Origin: Lama guanicoe
Lineage: Eukaryota
Length of the DNA stretch: 64,000 nt
Direction of reading: 5' to 3'
NCBI GenBank assembly: GCA_013239625.1
Contig: MU054187.1
Coordinates: 6,397,757-6,461,756, forward strand
Shown here: piece after piece, positions 63,639 to 64,000 of the stretch
How the letters are laid out: each line of letters begins with the position of its first letter
How positions within the stretch are numbered: position 1 is the stretch's first letter
Position numbers and translations under genes: made by a program
Notes under the pieces: model-generated
Database searches by the model: none
The model's input: the letters and a program-made list of their open reading frames with translations, nothing else
What the model was told of the DNA's origin: nothing

Positions 63639-64000
63639 GTCTGTTTCAGAGCTTGCATTAGTCTGTTTAAAAGATTTTGTTTTTTAAGGTTCTCTGTGGG
63701 GTTGGGGGAGGGTAACGGTTCCCGGACTTTTTTGTCCCAGATGTTACAAGATTACAGTAATTCTTCGCATTGTCTTGACTGAACAGGGAGAGAGCAACGG
63801 TTCGGAGGCATTTAGGACCCAGGGGAAAGCCAGGCTCTGTATAGAAGGACAGAGTCTCCGGCGCACACGCCTCCTACCAAAATCACAGCCCCTAGGAGCC
63901 GGGGCTCTCATTCACAGCTTTCTAGAGAAATCTGAGCCCGAACCTGCCAGAATAGGAGATCTCACCCACTCAGCTCAGCACCGAGGACACCTGCAGAAAC

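Noticed and set aside
1..64000. The supplied ORFs (60-188 aa) as protein-coding genes
   Set aside because: They are short, overlap on both strands, often start at GTG/TTG and often lie in repeats. None has a recognisable domain other than L1 ORF2 remnants, as expected for mammalian non-coding DNA.

Overview
This is mammalian (placental) genomic DNA, most likely from a camelid. The evidence is a tRNA-Ala-derived SINE of the vic-1 type, Laurasiatherian-style L1 3' ends, and no Alu, Bov-A/BovB, PRE-1 or Can-SINE that I could recognise. The window is repeat-rich intergenic or intronic sequence: L1, L2, MIR, MaLR (MLT1), ERV1 solo LTRs and Tigger/hAT-derived DNA transposon fossils. I recognise no protein-coding gene, and the supplied ORFs look like chance ORFs or decayed L1 ORF2. 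Sequence-supported points of interest are a two-LTR MaLR provirus carrying a nested unidentified solo LTR, a nested antisense L1-in-L1 forming a long inverted repeat, a MER41-like LTR with decayed STAT/GAS sites, a near-perfect 75-bp tandem duplication, a few strong transcription-factor motifs and several speculative minus-strand exons. I found no convincing novel biological system. Repeat family names come from remembered consensus sequences, and boundaries are approximate unless termini or target-site duplications (TSDs) are quoted.
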